From the NCBI GenBank assembly GCA_965204375.1, contig OZ241986.1, positions 2,688,001-2,752,000 of the forward strand: 64,000 bases of DNA, written 5' to 3'. The stretch comes from Candidatus Latescibacterota bacterium. Lineage in GTDB: Bacteria > Latescibacterota > UBA2968. The translations under genes were made by a program, and so were the position numbers. The notes under the pieces are model-generated. The model was given only the letters and a program-made list of their open reading frames with translations. It searched no databases and was not told where the DNA came from. This document shows positions 37,656-48,599 of the stretch, piece after piece (positions within the stretch are counted from its first letter, which is position 1; each line of letters begins with the position of its first letter).

Positions 37656-38846
37656 CTAACTCCTCGGATAAAACACATCCACCAGAGTCTCCACATCATC
37701 CCATGCGCACGAAAAACGCTCTTCAAATCCGCGATGGATATTGTGCTCGACCTCTGTCTCGTCGGGCAGCGGAAACACAATCGTCTCTCGATCGGCCTCA
37801 ATTGACGCATTCACCGCCAGACTCATCTCCTGATCCAACCGCCCCATCGCAGCACCGTAATCCGGCTCGCGATCTTCTCGAACAGCATTGGCGATACTCA
37901 ACAACTCATCTGCCACGGCCACTTGCCCTTCACTCAGCGCATAGTTTGCAAATGGATTCTCCCACGCAATCGCACCGCCGGGCAACTCATAGCGAATCTC
38001 GCGCAACACATTTACCCCATCTACCGTTTCCGTCACGCGCACGGGTTCATAAGCCACGCCCTGGGCGCCGGTTTCCAATTCATCCTTTGGCACAACATAC
38101 ACATTGCCATCCACAATGCTACCCGCTGTTCCATCAATCTCATCCATACCCGCTTGCTTGCGCCCGAGTGAACGCGCGTGAATCACATTGGAATACACCA
38201 TCAGCGCGGCCACATCATTGTCAAATTCCAAAAAACTCAAACTCCATCTTTCCAACTCGTGATGCCGTTTCATGCGATCTATATGTGGAATCACGGGCGT
38301 TGTATGGCTCAACCCAATCACCTGCCTGGGATTGCCACCGGCCAGCACGCGCAACAAACTCATGCCGTGATACCCACCCTCGTGACATATCCGATAGATC
38401 CGTCCAATCTCCCCAATAACATCTGATACGAGCACCTTCTTCTTCAACCGCTCAATCGGCGCGCGATAATAATTCTCGGCGACCTCCAGATAAACGCCCG
38501 CATCTCTCGCAGCTCGAATCATCATATCTGATGCCGGTCGAGTCATAGCAATAGGCGTCTCCACAACCTGGTGCATACCTGCTTGCGCCAAAAAACAGCA
38601 AATCGCATGGTGCGCCACGCCTGGCACCACCACATCGGCAACATCGATATCTTCATTATCGACCAGGTCCCGCACACTCGTATAAGCCTTTACCTCGTGT
38701 TCTGCTGCCAAACTCTGGGCTGTTTCCTCATCCTTATCGCAAATGGCGACAAAGTCAAAAACATCTGCCAACTGCACAATCACAGGCAAATGCGCCCCTG
38801 CGCCGCGCCGCCCGGCACCCACAAGTGCAATTTTGAGACGATCCAT
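37656..38846 (-). CDS. Gfo/Idh/MocA family oxidoreductase
   Basis: Motifs IALVGAG, VETPIA (EKP variant) and AENY. Confidence 0.85.
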   Translation of the reverse strand: MDRLKIALVGAGRRGAGAHLPVIVQLADVFDFVAICDKDEETAQSLAAEHEVKAYTSVRDLVDNEDIDVADVVVPGVAHHAICCFLAQAGMHQVVETPIAMTRPASDMMIRAARDAGVYLEVAENYYRAPIERLKKKVLVSDVIGEIGRIYRICHEGGYHGMSLLRVLAGGNPRQVIGLSHTTPVIPHIDRMKRHHELERWSLSFLEFDNDVAALMVYSNVIHARSLGRKQAGMDEIDGTAGSIVDGNVYVVPKDELETGAQGVAYEPVRVTETVDGVNVLREIRYELPGGAIAWENPFANYALSEGQVAVADELLSIANAVREDREPDYGAAMGRLDQEMSLAVNASIEADRETIVFPLPDETEVEHNIHRGFEERFSCAWDDVETLVDVFYPRS

Positions 38847-38976
38847 AATATCCCTCCAATAAAGTTTGTTTTCGCCATTCTGCTACGGGTCTAACATCAA
38901 TCTGCTTGCGGAATTTTTATCTTAACCTATCTTTGCGATAAATCAAACAATAATCAACACAAAAGAGGAGCAGGTC

Positions 38977-39393
38977 ATGTCGCAAAACAAAACCATTGGG
39001 GGTGGGGGCTTTCACCACGTTGCAATTCGCGCCCACGACTTTGAAGCATCCGTAAAATTTTATACCGAAGCGATGGGATTTCAAAAAAAAATCTCCTGGG
39101 GTGAAGGCAAAAGACGCGCCATCATGCTGGACACTGGGGATGGAAATTACCTCGAAATTTTCGCCAATGGCACAGATGAACCCAAACCGGAAGGGTCCAT
39201 CATCCACTTTGCTCTGCGCACCAGCGATTGCAACGCTGCCATCGAACGCGCCAGAGCAGCCGGTGCCCAAATTACCGTAGAACCCAAAGACGTCGAAATT
39301 CCCAGCGAACCCCACAAAACCCCTGTACGCATCGCCTTTTGCAAAGGTCCCGATGGCGAAATCATCGAATTTTTTCAAAACGAATTGACTTGA
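38977..39393 (+). CDS. VOC/glyoxalase family protein
   Basis: Motifs FHHVAI, IHFAL and GPDGEIIEF. Confidence 0.9.
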   Translation: MSQNKTIGGGGFHHVAIRAHDFEASVKFYTEAMGFQKKISWGEGKRRAIMLDTGDGNYLEIFANGTDEPKPEGSIIHFALRTSDCNAAIERARAAGAQITVEPKDVEIPSEPHKTPVRIAFCKGPDGEIIEFFQNELT

Positions 39394-39489
39394 ACGACGA
39401 ATCAGCGGAGCGGGGAACCTCGCTTTATCTCTGAACGTCTTACACGAGACATCACAGCCATTTACATCTGCCGGGGAAAAGGAAAAATC

Positions 39490-39912
39490 ATGAACAAAAT
39501 TATACCTGTTTTGTGTCTGATATTCGCAATCGCCGCATGCGGTGACGACAATCCCGCCGATTCGGGCCAACCCGTCGTCAATCAAACATTTAATCTGCCG
39601 AGCGGAACGAGTGAAGACTTTGGCTTTACCATTGACACAGATGTACAGCAAAACGTCATTCTTCAAGGCGAATTTAGCGTTGAAAACGGCAGTGTTCAGA
39701 TGGCTGTTGTGAGCGAATCTGAGTATCAAACCTGGCGAGAAGGGGGCACGCCCTCCGTGATTTATAGCACGAACATAGTATCTGAAGATACCTTTAGCTT
39801 TTCCATTGATGACAGTAACACCTACTACGTCGTTTTTCTCAACACGGGGCCAAATACCGTAACAGTCAAAGCCGAAATTTTCCTGCTCAGTACTGCCGAA
39901 CAAGATATTTAG
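39490..39912 (+). CDS. Hypothetical lipoprotein
   Basis: Signal peptide with lipobox IAAC; beta-rich body. Confidence 0.7.
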   Translation: MNKIIPVLCLIFAIAACGDDNPADSGQPVVNQTFNLPSGTSEDFGFTIDTDVQQNVILQGEFSVENGSVQMAVVSESEYQTWREGGTPSVIYSTNIVSEDTFSFSIDDSNTYYVVFLNTGPNTVTVKAEIFLLSTAEQDI

Positions 39913-40066
39913 ACTACCCGGAAAAATGCCTGCCTGTGCTTATTGCACACCAGCAGATATGCAGCACCTGAAACGCATCTTCCCACCAATTTTCCGATTG
40001 ACGAGACAAGAAGAACAAGTTATAATTACTCCTGCTCATTATCAATCACAGTTAAACGAGGTATTT

Positions 40067-41773
40067 ATGAACATCCCCAAGCACGACGTGCTCCTGATAG
40101 GTGGAGGGGGTGCGGGCCTGCGCGCAGCAATTGCCGCATCTGAAACATATCGTGGCGCAGATATTGGCGTAGTCTCCAAAGTCTATCCCATGCGAAGTCA
40201 CACCGTTTCTGCCGAAGGTGGCACGGCAGCGGTCATGCGCGAAGACGACAACCTGGATCTGCATGCTTACGACACCATTAAAGGCAGCGACTTCCTCGCC
40301 GATCAGGACGTGGTAGAAGCCTTTGTCAAAGAAGCCGTCGATGAAGTCATCCAATTAGAACACTGGGGGTGTCCCTGGAGCCGCGACGAAGACGGTCGCG
40401 TAAGCGTTCGCGCATTTGGTGGCATGAGTGTCAAACGCACGCTCTATGCCGCCGACAAAACCGGCTTCCACATGCTGCACGCCCTCTTTCAAACATCTCT
40501 CAAATACGACGCCATTACCCGATACGACGAATGGTTCGTCACCTCTTTACTCGTCGAAGATGGCAGGGTATGCGGCGTCACCGCTATCAACATCCGATCC
40601 GGCAACATTCACGCCATTGGCGCAAAATCCGTTATTATATGTACGGGTGGCGCGGGCAAAATTTTTCCATTTACCACCAATGCCGCCATCAAAAACGGCG
40701 ACGGAATGGCTCTGGCCTACCGCATTGGCTGTCCTCTAAAAGACCTCGAATTTGTGCAATATCACCCCACGGGCTTGCCCGGCACGGGAATCTTAATGAC
40801 CGAAGCCTCGCGGGGCGAAGGCGGCCACCTCGTCAACAGTAAGGGCGAACGCTACCTCAGCGAATACGTCCCTGGCAAAATGGAACTCGGTCCGCGCGAC
40901 ATCTTATCTCGTTCCTTTATTCACGAACAGCACAAGGGCAACGTCTTTGAAGGTCCCGATGGCAGCTACGTTCACCTCGACCTTCGGCACCTGGGTGAAA
41001 AAATCATTGACGAAAGACTGCCCTTCGTACGCGAACTCACCCGCAATTACGTCGGCATTGATCCGGTTCACGAACCCATTCCCGTGCGTCCGGTTGTCCA
41101 CTACTGCATGGGCGGTGTGCATACCGACATCAATGGCGTAACACCCATCCCCGGTCTTTATGCCGCAGGCGAAGCGGCTTGTGTTACCCTCAATGGAGCC
41201 AATCGCCTGGGATCCAACTCACTGACCGAATGCCTCGTCTTTGGCGCGCGCGCAGGCCAGGTAGCCGCGCAACACGCCGCCGACACCGACTTTGCAGATT
41301 CGGCCTCAATGGCCAAAATGGCGCAAGACGAGCAAAAACGCATTGAAACCCAATTCTTTGGCAACAACGGCAAAGAGCGCGTGGCCAATATCCGCGATGA
41401 TCTCCGCAAAACCATGGAAGAAGGCGCGGGCATTTTCCGAACCGAAGACGCGCTCAAAACCACGTGTGACACCATTCGCACCCTCAAAGAACGCTATAAC
41501 AATATCGGCATAGACGACCACTCGCGCGTCTTCAATACCGACCTCGTCAACGCCCTCGAACTGGGTTACATGCTCGACGTCGCCGAAGGACTCGCACACT
41601 CGGCCCTCTTGCGACGCGAATCTCGAGGCTCTCACGCGCGATCGGACTATGAAGAGCGCGACGACGAAAACTTCCTCAAACACTCTCTGGCCTATCAAAC
41701 CGATGGCGACCCCCGCATCGAGTACTCGCCCGTAACACTCACGCGCTGGGAACCCGAAGAACGAACCTATTAA
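40067..41773 (+). CDS. frdA: Fumarate reductase flavoprotein subunit
   Basis: Motifs [32 protein letters not shown] and [10 protein letters not shown]. Start at ATG 40067. Confidence 0.92.
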   Translation: MNIPKHDVLLIGGGGAGLRAAIAASETYRGADIGVVSKVYPMRSHTVSAEGGTAAVMREDDNLDLHAYDTIKGSDFLADQDVVEAFVKEAVDEVIQLEHWGCPWSRDEDGRVSVRAFGGMSVKRTLYAADKTGFHMLHALFQTSLKYDAITRYDEWFVTSLLVEDGRVCGVTAINIRSGNIHAIGAKSVIICTGGAGKIFPFTTNAAIKNGDGMALAYRIGCPLKDLEFVQYHPTGLPGTGILMTEASRGEGGHLVNSKGERYLSEYVPGKMELGPRDILSRSFIHEQHKGNVFEGPDGSYVHLDLRHLGEKIIDERLPFVRELTRNYVGIDPVHEPIPVRPVVHYCMGGVHTDINGVTPIPGLYAAGEAACVTLNGANRLGSNSLTECLVFGARAGQVAAQHAADTDFADSASMAKMAQDEQKRIETQFFGNNGKERVANIRDDLRKTMEEGAGIFRTEDALKTTCDTIRTLKERYNNIGIDDHSRVFNTDLVNALELGYMLDVAEGLAHSALLRRESRGSHARSDYEERDDENFLKHSLAYQTDGDPRIEYSPVTLTRWEPEERTY

Positions 41774-41783
41774 AGGAAAATTT

Positions 41784-42536
41784 ATGAGCGATCTCAGAAC
41801 CATAAAAATCACGGTATTGCGCTATCGCCCCGAAGAAGAGGACGCGCCAACCGAACAGACTTACGAGGTTGAATTTCGCGACGACTGGGTCGTTCTCGAC
41901 GCGCTCAACCACATCAAAGACCACATTGACGGCACGCTATCATTCCGCTGGTCTTGTCGGATGGGCGTATGCGGCAGTTGCGGCATGATGGTCAATGGCG
42001 AACCCAAACTCACCTGTGCCGCGATGTTGCGCGACTATTATCCCAACGAAGTGCTCGTGGAACCTCTGGTCAACTTCCCCATTGTACGCGATCTCGTCAC
42101 CGACATGACCGACTTTATGGACAAACTCAAAGCGGTCAAACCCTGGATCATTCGAGAAGAAGAAAAACCCGTATCCGAAGGGGAACACCTCCAGACGCCG
42201 GATCAGCTCAAAGATTACAAACAATTCAGCCAGTGCATCAACTGCATGCTCTGTTACGCTGCCTGTCCGGTCTATGGCCTCGAACACGACTTCGTCGGTC
42301 CGGCCGCAATTGCCCTGGGCCACCGCTACAACCTCGATTCCCGAGATGAAGGCAATCAGCAGCGTCAACACATCATTGCCAGCAAAGAAGGCATCTGGGA
42401 ATGCACGTATGTCGGTGAATGCTCCGTCGTTTGTCCCAAACACGTCGATCCCGCAGAAGCCATTCAACAAACCAAAGTCGCAACCACAACCAACCGTTTC
42501 AAATCGCTTGTCATGCCCTGGGGAAACAAAACATGA
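41784..42536 (+). CDS. frdB: Fumarate reductase iron-sulfur subunit
   Basis: Cys clusters [21 protein letters not shown] and [12 protein letters not shown]. Confidence 0.93.
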   Translation: MSDLRTIKITVLRYRPEEEDAPTEQTYEVEFRDDWVVLDALNHIKDHIDGTLSFRWSCRMGVCGSCGMMVNGEPKLTCAAMLRDYYPNEVLVEPLVNFPIVRDLVTDMTDFMDKLKAVKPWIIREEEKPVSEGEHLQTPDQLKDYKQFSQCINCMLCYAACPVYGLEHDFVGPAAIALGHRYNLDSRDEGNQQRQHIIASKEGIWECTYVGECSVVCPKHVDPAEAIQQTKVATTTNRFKSLVMPWGNKT

Positions 42537-42967
42537 TGCTCGACTCCGAAACGACCAAAACTTATACGCGCCCCATATCCAAAGCCTGGTGGCTGCGCGA
42601 CCGAGGACATTTTAATTGCAGATATTTCATGTTCTTGCTCCGCGAACTCACAAGCGTATTCGTCGCCCTGTACGTCGCACTTTTTATCTACGAAATTTTT
42701 CTTTTAACAAAAGGGCCAGACGCACACGCAACCTTCCGTGAATCCATGAACTCAGGTCCCTGGATCGCATTTCACGTCATCGCCCTGCTCTTCGCCCTGT
42801 ACCACAGCTGGACCTGGTTGGGGCTAACGACCAAAATGCAGGCCGCTGGACGTGGCCTCGTAAAAATTGGCACAAAGACCCTGCCACCCATTTTTATCGC
42901 ACTGGGGTCTTACGGCGCGTGGATTGTTGCGACAATTATCATCGCCTACCTATTCCTAACTCTATAG
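42533..42967 (+). CDS. frdC: Fumarate reductase membrane subunit C
   Basis: Motifs YTRP...WW, LRELTS and HSWTW; three transmembrane segments. Confidence 0.85.
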   Translation: MMLDSETTKTYTRPISKAWWLRDRGHFNCRYFMFLLRELTSVFVALYVALFIYEIFLLTKGPDAHATFRESMNSGPWIAFHVIALLFALYHSWTWLGLTTKMQAAGRGLVKIGTKTLPPIFIALGSYGAWIVATIIIAYLFLTL

Positions 42968-42982
42968 ACCGAGGATATCGCT

Positions 42983-43345
42983 GTGAATTACAAAGAACAC
43001 AAAAGCGAACCCTTCTGGTGGGGCATGTTCTCGCAAGGCGGTGTTATTGCCGCACTCCTCATACCCATCCACATTTTTTTGGGCGGCATCGCCGTACATT
43101 TGGGACTTATAGACGCCGAACTCATGTCGCATGAACGCCTGACCGGACTGCTCCAAAATCCGATAGTCAAACTCTACCTCTGTGTTCTGCTCATCTTCCC
43201 CCTCTACCACGCGGCTCACCGAATCCGCTTCACCCTCGCCGAAATCGGATTGCACAGCCTCGCCAAAGTCCTGCCCTTTCTCTGTTATGGCGGTGCATTG
43301 GTGGGCACAGCGGTAGTCCTCTACATCTTGTGGATATTGCTCTAA
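42983..43345 (+). CDS. frdD: Fumarate reductase membrane subunit D
   Basis: Motifs SEPFWWGMFSQGG, HAAHRI and CYG. Confidence 0.9.
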   Translation: MNYKEHKSEPFWWGMFSQGGVIAALLIPIHIFLGGIAVHLGLIDAELMSHERLTGLLQNPIVKLYLCVLLIFPLYHAAHRIRFTLAEIGLHSLAKVLPFLCYGGALVGTAVVLYILWILL

Positions 43346-43369
43346 GCCCTCTCAACCATAAAAACTAAA

Positions 43370-43396
43370 AAGCTCGGATGAACTTCATCCGAGCTT
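43370..43396. terminator. Hairpin between convergent frdD and SGNH genes
   Basis: Perfect inverted repeat AAGCTCGGATGAA-C-TTCATCCGAGCTT. Confidence 0.75.
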
Positions 43397-43421
43397 GTGT
43401 TTTGTGGCAAAAAATCAATTT

Positions 43422-44495
43422 CTATTTTGTTTTCTTTATCCTTCTAATCTTTCTCACCTTTCTAATGGTCCCGCCTCCCTCATCCCCATCCAGCAGAGGC
43501 TCCAACCTCCCCGCAACGCGCTCTCCCATCTCGATCATCCCGTGATCCCCTGGATGAATCAGATCCACCGTCAATCCACCGATATTGCCCAACGTTTCTG
43601 TCCCCTCAATCAAATGTGCATTCTCATGGGGGCAACCATTCACCGCATCTCGCAATGCCTGCCTGAAAGCCGCCGTCCTTTCGCGTTCTTCGGCATCGCC
43701 ACAAAATTCTCTAAAATGCGGATAAATCGTAATATACCCCACGGGCCGGTCGGGATTCGCACCTGCGACCGCATTTACCATATACGTCACGCGCTCGGAA
43801 AATTCCGACAGAGAAAACCCCGCACCCATCATATTGACCGACAAAGCCAGCGTCGCCACATCCCAATCGTCGCGCGCGGCAATATAATCGGCCAATTCGC
43901 GTTCACAATAAGCCGACCCACCCACGCCCAAATTGATCAAATCCGCTCCCAAACGCCACGCCACCTGGCTCACATAGGTCAAATGCATAGCCGTAGCCGA
44001 CGCGCCGTGTGTAATCGACGTGCCATAGCTCAAATACCGTCGCTTTGGCAACTCATCAACCGTGGGCGGGCGAAGTTCTTCGCCCTCAATACCGTGATAG
44101 TGCAAACTGGTATTTCTCAGGACTAACCGCCATACATCACGCGAAAAAGGCAAATCTCGCACCGCTTCAGATTCAATCGTCCTCAGCCTTGCGGGATAAG
44201 TCAATTTCAGCGTCCTTGGTTCCTTCCCAATTTGAAAACGCTCTTTCCCTTGAAAAGGGCCAAAAAATGGAATCACTTCAGCCGATCCGCCCGGGCTGGA
44301 CAGCGTCACATTGACCGTGTTGCCCGCGCTCACAAAACGGATCTCCGACCCCGCCGGACTCAACATGCGTTCCTGCGCCCCCGCATTCAAACACAACCGC
44401 ACATCTTCGGGCACGCGCTGCACCCGAAGCCCATCTCTCCCTTCAACATCTCGCAATTCAGCTACATTGTGAAATTCGACATTGTCGTGAATCAT
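43422..44495 (-). CDS. SGNH/GDSL hydrolase family protein
   Basis: Motifs YGTSITHG, NLGVGG and DLIHP. Start at ATG 44495. Confidence 0.85.
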   Translation of the reverse strand: MIHDNVEFHNVAELRDVEGRDGLRVQRVPEDVRLCLNAGAQERMLSPAGSEIRFVSAGNTVNVTLSSPGGSAEVIPFFGPFQGKERFQIGKEPRTLKLTYPARLRTIESEAVRDLPFSRDVWRLVLRNTSLHYHGIEGEELRPPTVDELPKRRYLSYGTSITHGASATAMHLTYVSQVAWRLGADLINLGVGGSAYCERELADYIAARDDWDVATLALSVNMMGAGFSLSEFSERVTYMVNAVAGANPDRPVGYITIYPHFREFCGDAEERERTAAFRQALRDAVNGCPHENAHLIEGTETLGNIGGLTVDLIHPGDHGMIEMGERVAGRLEPLLDGDEGGGTIRKVRKIRRIKKTK

Positions 44496-44511
44496 AAAAA
44501 AAACCTCCTGA

Positions 44512-46035
44512 TTACTCTGCCTGGGGGACCAGAACGGCTCCATCGGCTGTTGTGGCCTGGAAAGCAAACGCCCAGCCGCCATGATTGGAGCCCCGGTCGT
44601 TACTGAGCTTGAGCACGATAGAATTGGCGCCTGCCTGAAGCGTCACCGGAATGCTCTGGGCTCGAAAAGCGTAGTGGTGACCCAGATCGAAAACCTCATC
44701 GTTTACGCGCAAAATCAAGGCGTCATCCCAAGCCACGCGCAGGTTTGTCGTCATATCCGCAGGTGCATGTAAGACGCAGCGGGCAAGTGCCGCGCCCACA
44801 TCGGTATTGCCCACACCCGGGCCCCAGGGCCGAAATACGTGGTTAAAATCGACAAATCCGTGGTGGGCGGCGCGTTTGACCCAACGCGCTACGTCCCGTC
44901 CCCGTTGTCGTGAGCCAGCGGTCAACCAGGCCGACTCTTCACCGTGCAAACCATCAAACGTCGCTTCTAACTGAAAGGCCATCTCCGGGGGCAAGGTCGT
45001 TTCCATCGCTTGACCGTTGTGATTGGCGAAAGGGCCGCATAGGCACCATTCGCCGCTGGTCGGCAGCGGCAGATCATGGGTGCCGCGCGGCAGTTCGACA
45101 CCCGGCAGCAGTTGCGACCAATCAGGCACGGCGAAAAACGGTCGCACGGCGTCCTGCTGGTACCAATAGACGGTAGAGCAGATATCGTTGGCCATACAGC
45201 CGAAGCGCATGTGAATCGATTGCTGGAAGGGAAGTGAGTCCTTTTCGAAGAAGCGGTAGCCCACCAACCGTTGCGCCGGACGCGCCTGCCCCACATCGTC
45301 ATGCACATAGTAAGGCATTGCGGCGTAGTGATGGGTTTCGGGCGGATGCAGGGCACCCCCGTAGCCTGCCCCAAAGGTATCCTCGCCCCCAATGCCGCGC
45401 AAAAAGGCCGGATGTTCGCCCTCTCCATCGATGTAGATATTTTCAGCACCGCCGTGGCTCCAGCGATCGACATCATCGAGCAAACGCACGCCGTACACAA
45501 AACCCAACAACTCTCCCGGCCCGTCAGCATCCAGCATCAGAAAATCTTCACCGTAGCGCTGGGTCGGCATTTCTCGCCGCCAGCGGGCGCAGAAACGTCG
45601 CCGTTCGCTCAGCGTCTGATTGGGGTAGCGGTGCCAATCCACCTGCAGGTAGGCGCGATTATCTTCAGGCCCGGCTTCAAACTCAACCCGTGCGGATCGG
45701 GCGAAGGGCATCTGGAAGTAGCTGTTGTAGCCAATCCAGGCCTTGACCGAGAGGAAGTGGGTGTCTATCGGATACCAGCCCTGGCCGTGCATGACCCCAA
45801 AAAAGTCACCGACAGGCGCCTCAACATAGGGGATCGGCTCATCATCAAAATAGATGCGAATAAGCACTTTGCGGCTGGTCATGGGTATGCGCTCTGGCCG
45901 CGACAGTACGACCCAAAGGTGCTGAATACAGCCTGGCCCATCGAGTTCGGCATAGACGGCTTTTTGGTTTGCCAGCAAAGGTCCGGTCATACTGACGCGG
46001 TCGGGGATACCAACTTCGGGGAGCTGTAAATCCAT
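44512..46035 (-). CDS. DUF2961 (GH172-like) domain protein with C-terminal beta-sandwich
   Basis: Motifs GPGCIQHLW, IYFDDE.PYVEAPVGDFFG, NSYFQMPF and GEDTFG. Confidence 0.8.
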   Translation of the reverse strand: MDLQLPEVGIPDRVSMTGPLLANQKAVYAELDGPGCIQHLWVVLSRPERIPMTSRKVLIRIYFDDEPIPYVEAPVGDFFGVMHGQGWYPIDTHFLSVKAWIGYNSYFQMPFARSARVEFEAGPEDNRAYLQVDWHRYPNQTLSERRRFCARWRREMPTQRYGEDFLMLDADGPGELLGFVYGVRLLDDVDRWSHGGAENIYIDGEGEHPAFLRGIGGEDTFGAGYGGALHPPETHHYAAMPYYVHDDVGQARPAQRLVGYRFFEKDSLPFQQSIHMRFGCMANDICSTVYWYQQDAVRPFFAVPDWSQLLPGVELPRGTHDLPLPTSGEWCLCGPFANHNGQAMETTLPPEMAFQLEATFDGLHGEESAWLTAGSRQRGRDVARWVKRAAHHGFVDFNHVFRPWGPGVGNTDVGAALARCVLHAPADMTTNLRVAWDDALILRVNDEVFDLGHHYAFRAQSIPVTLQAGANSIVLKLSNDRGSNHGGWAFAFQATTADGAVLVPQAE

Positions 46036-46141
46036 AGCAGACTCCATTCTACGAATCAACGGAACGGTGTACAACTGGCCGATTCTTAGGCCAGTTCATC
46101 TACGAACCCCGCCCATCCTCCCAAAATCAGTATGTATCGCC

Positions 46142-46181
46142 ATTCGTCTATTCGTCTATTCGTCTATTCGTCTATTCGTCT
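46142..46181 (-). repeat. Octamer tandem repeat (ATTCGTCT)x5, reverse complement of the 28840 array
   Basis: Read directly; abuts the TAG stop of the heparinase-like gene. Confidence 0.95.
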
Positions 46182-48141
46182 ATGCCACCCATGCCTCACC
46201 TGAAGATAGATCGCGACCAAGCGACCATGTTTTCTCAAAAGCCTCAACAGTCAATTCAACGCGGTCATCTCCAGCGCGAAATACATCGGACAATTCGGCT
46301 GCAATGCCGGGAACATCTGTCCCGCGATAGGGTACAACCACAGTCAAAAACGCCGTGGGTGCCTGCTCGTTCAGCGCAAAACGAAATGCTTTGCGCGGCA
46401 TGCGAGAACCATAAGTCCATGCAAACCAGCCCTCTTCCTCTGCCATACACGTCTCGCAATTTGTCGCAGCCTGAACCAGCACATTAGCATCGTCAAATTG
46501 CGTAAAAGCGCGCTTTTCCGCCTCGTCAAACACCACATCGCCCGGCGCAAATTGGAAATGCAAATCCAGTTGGCCGGGAACATCGCCAATCGCCTCGTCC
46601 AAAAACGCGAAAAACTGCCGATTGACAAACCACACCGAACGGCGGTGAACCAATCCTGGATACGACCCATTCTCCACCACCAGCACATCGCTATCAACTC
46701 CTTCTGACACCCACAATAAATGCCGCCCATCATCGGACGTATCACCGCTATCCAACGTCAAAGTCTGATGCACTGTCGTCTGCCGATGCCACGCGCGGCC
46801 TTCTGCATCGTGACCATAAGTGTAAAAACCCGTATCAGGCATCAACCAGCGCCCATAAGCGTACAATTCAAACGTCCCATTATCCGGTTGATCGTGGCTC
46901 GAAATAGCGGGCGGCGAACAATGCAGCACCATGTGAATCTGATCGGGTCCCCAATCATCGCGCATCACATACAAACCGGCCTCTTGAAATGCACGGCTCT
47001 TTTGCCCGGGCAAAAATTCGCGATCCAGAGTCGCCCGCGCAGCGTATTTGGGATCACCCAGCAATTCTGTAGCCTCGACAAGTGCGTCATAAAGTCCCCA
47101 CTTTGAGCGATCATCCGTCTCCTTTAACGCACGCGACCCATCCCCAAACATCGGCGCACCCAAATCGGGCGACGCAATCCAGAAAATATAGTCGTGCATC
47201 AACCGCACGCGCTCTCGAAACGCCTCTGAAATCTCAATGCCAAAAGTATCCATGCGACCAAAAATTTCCACAGCATCCCGCAACACCCCCGTATGATACC
47301 CAAAAGACCACTCTCGCTGAACGCCATCGGTTGTTGTCTGCGCCAGAAAATTCTCTTCGACCCGTTCCAATGCCAATTCCATCCATTCACGCGATTCCAC
47401 AAACTCCCGGAAAGTATAGGCAATATTGATAAACCCCCGCTGTTCAAACACGGCCTTATTGTGAATCAACCCCATCGGAATCAGCTTTGTCTTAACCTGA
47501 TGATCGTACAGACTCGCCAGCAACAGACCGAGAAACTCGGGCGTAAATGCCTCGGCATGAACCAAACTGCGAAATGCCGAACAGATATTCGTCGCTCGAA
47601 TACCCGTCTGAATATCCAGCCAGACAAACCCCTTCCAGTACGTATAAACAGAATGGGTTTTGGTGTGATTTTCCAGCGGATGTTTTGAAATCCAATCGGT
47701 CGTCATCTCCACAAATGTTCGGGCGTATTTTTCGTCGCGCGTCGCAGCATAAGCCTGTGCGAGCGGTGCAGCCCAATAAAAACGGTACACAGCCGCAACC
47801 CATTCAATATCGCCGCGGGGATCCCATTCCCAGTCAAAATCATCGCCATAACGCGCCTCGTCATAAGGTCCCCACTGAATAATGCGCTGGCATATCTTGT
47901 CGGCTGTCTCAAAATCGCCTTCCCCAGACGCCTCACCTATTGGATATTTCGCCCGATAATAATCGCGCAGCGCTGCAAGTGCGCCACTTCGATCTCCAAC
48001 ATCCGCAGCCCGTTTTGCCCCCTCCAAACCCGTCAGATCTAATTTTTCCAAAATTCGTCCAGGATCAAACGACTCCAGAGACATCTCGTGATCAATTTGA
48101 TCCGCCCCCTTGGGGTACTCCACTACTGAACTCATAGCCAT
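46180..48141 (-). CDS. Heparinase II/III-like polysaccharide lyase
   Basis: Motifs DGVQREWSFGYH, PMFGD, HDQPDNGTFEL and HQTL. Confidence 0.85.
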   Translation of the reverse strand: MAMSSVVEYPKGADQIDHEMSLESFDPGRILEKLDLTGLEGAKRAADVGDRSGALAALRDYYRAKYPIGEASGEGDFETADKICQRIIQWGPYDEARYGDDFDWEWDPRGDIEWVAAVYRFYWAAPLAQAYAATRDEKYARTFVEMTTDWISKHPLENHTKTHSVYTYWKGFVWLDIQTGIRATNICSAFRSLVHAEAFTPEFLGLLLASLYDHQVKTKLIPMGLIHNKAVFEQRGFINIAYTFREFVESREWMELALERVEENFLAQTTTDGVQREWSFGYHTGVLRDAVEIFGRMDTFGIEISEAFRERVRLMHDYIFWIASPDLGAPMFGDGSRALKETDDRSKWGLYDALVEATELLGDPKYAARATLDREFLPGQKSRAFQEAGLYVMRDDWGPDQIHMVLHCSPPAISSHDQPDNGTFELYAYGRWLMPDTGFYTYGHDAEGRAWHRQTTVHQTLTLDSGDTSDDGRHLLWVSEGVDSDVLVVENGSYPGLVHRRSVWFVNRQFFAFLDEAIGDVPGQLDLHFQFAPGDVVFDEAEKRAFTQFDDANVLVQAATNCETCMAEEEGWFAWTYGSRMPRKAFRFALNEQAPTAFLTVVVPYRGTDVPGIAAELSDVFRAGDDRVELTVEAFEKTWSLGRDLSSGEAWVA

Positions 48142-48599
48142 GCCTCCCAATTTCTTCACATTGTGATAACCTTGTACCACTCAATAAAATCTATAAGCCC
48201 TATCTCTATGGGATTGCAAAATTGCAGCCCACATCTTGAGATTTAAAGACCGATCTTCCGCACCTGTCCTCCCGCGATTGCCCACAATATAGTCCAGAGC
48301 CAAAAGGGTGTCAACGAACCCTCTGATGTACATATCTTTCACTTTCCTTCCCACTCACCGCTCAAAATTTACACTCTTTCCTCCTTTAATCCATCGGCTG
48401 TCAACTGGCAATCGCCAAATCGAGTTGTAAATCACATGAAATACGGCGTATCGAGGGTATAATAAGGCACTTTTCGCATCTATACGGGCTATTTATCGCC
48501 AATTCTCGCATCACCGCGTTTTCTGGCATAAAATTTGCGAGTCCCAATGGTGTGTTCCAAATCTCGTTTTGTTATACTTTTCGAAAGGAGCTATGATAA

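Noticed and set aside
37412-38419. Long antisense or alternative-frame ORFs (e.g. 37412-38419, 38917-39903, 36308-37153, 6001-6738, 45271-46029)
   Set aside because: They are shadows of well-supported genes on the opposite strand and carry no recognisable motifs.
43422-43490. Basic C-terminal tail of the SGNH protein (IRKVRKIRRIKKTK) as a functional motif
   Set aside because: It is encoded by a degenerate 9-nt repeat next to the terminator and is probably read-through into intergenic low-complexity sequence.
48181-48599. About 420-bp intergenic region as an ncRNA or pseudogene
   Set aside because: I saw no convincing structure, repeat or coding relic; it is compatible with divergent promoters.
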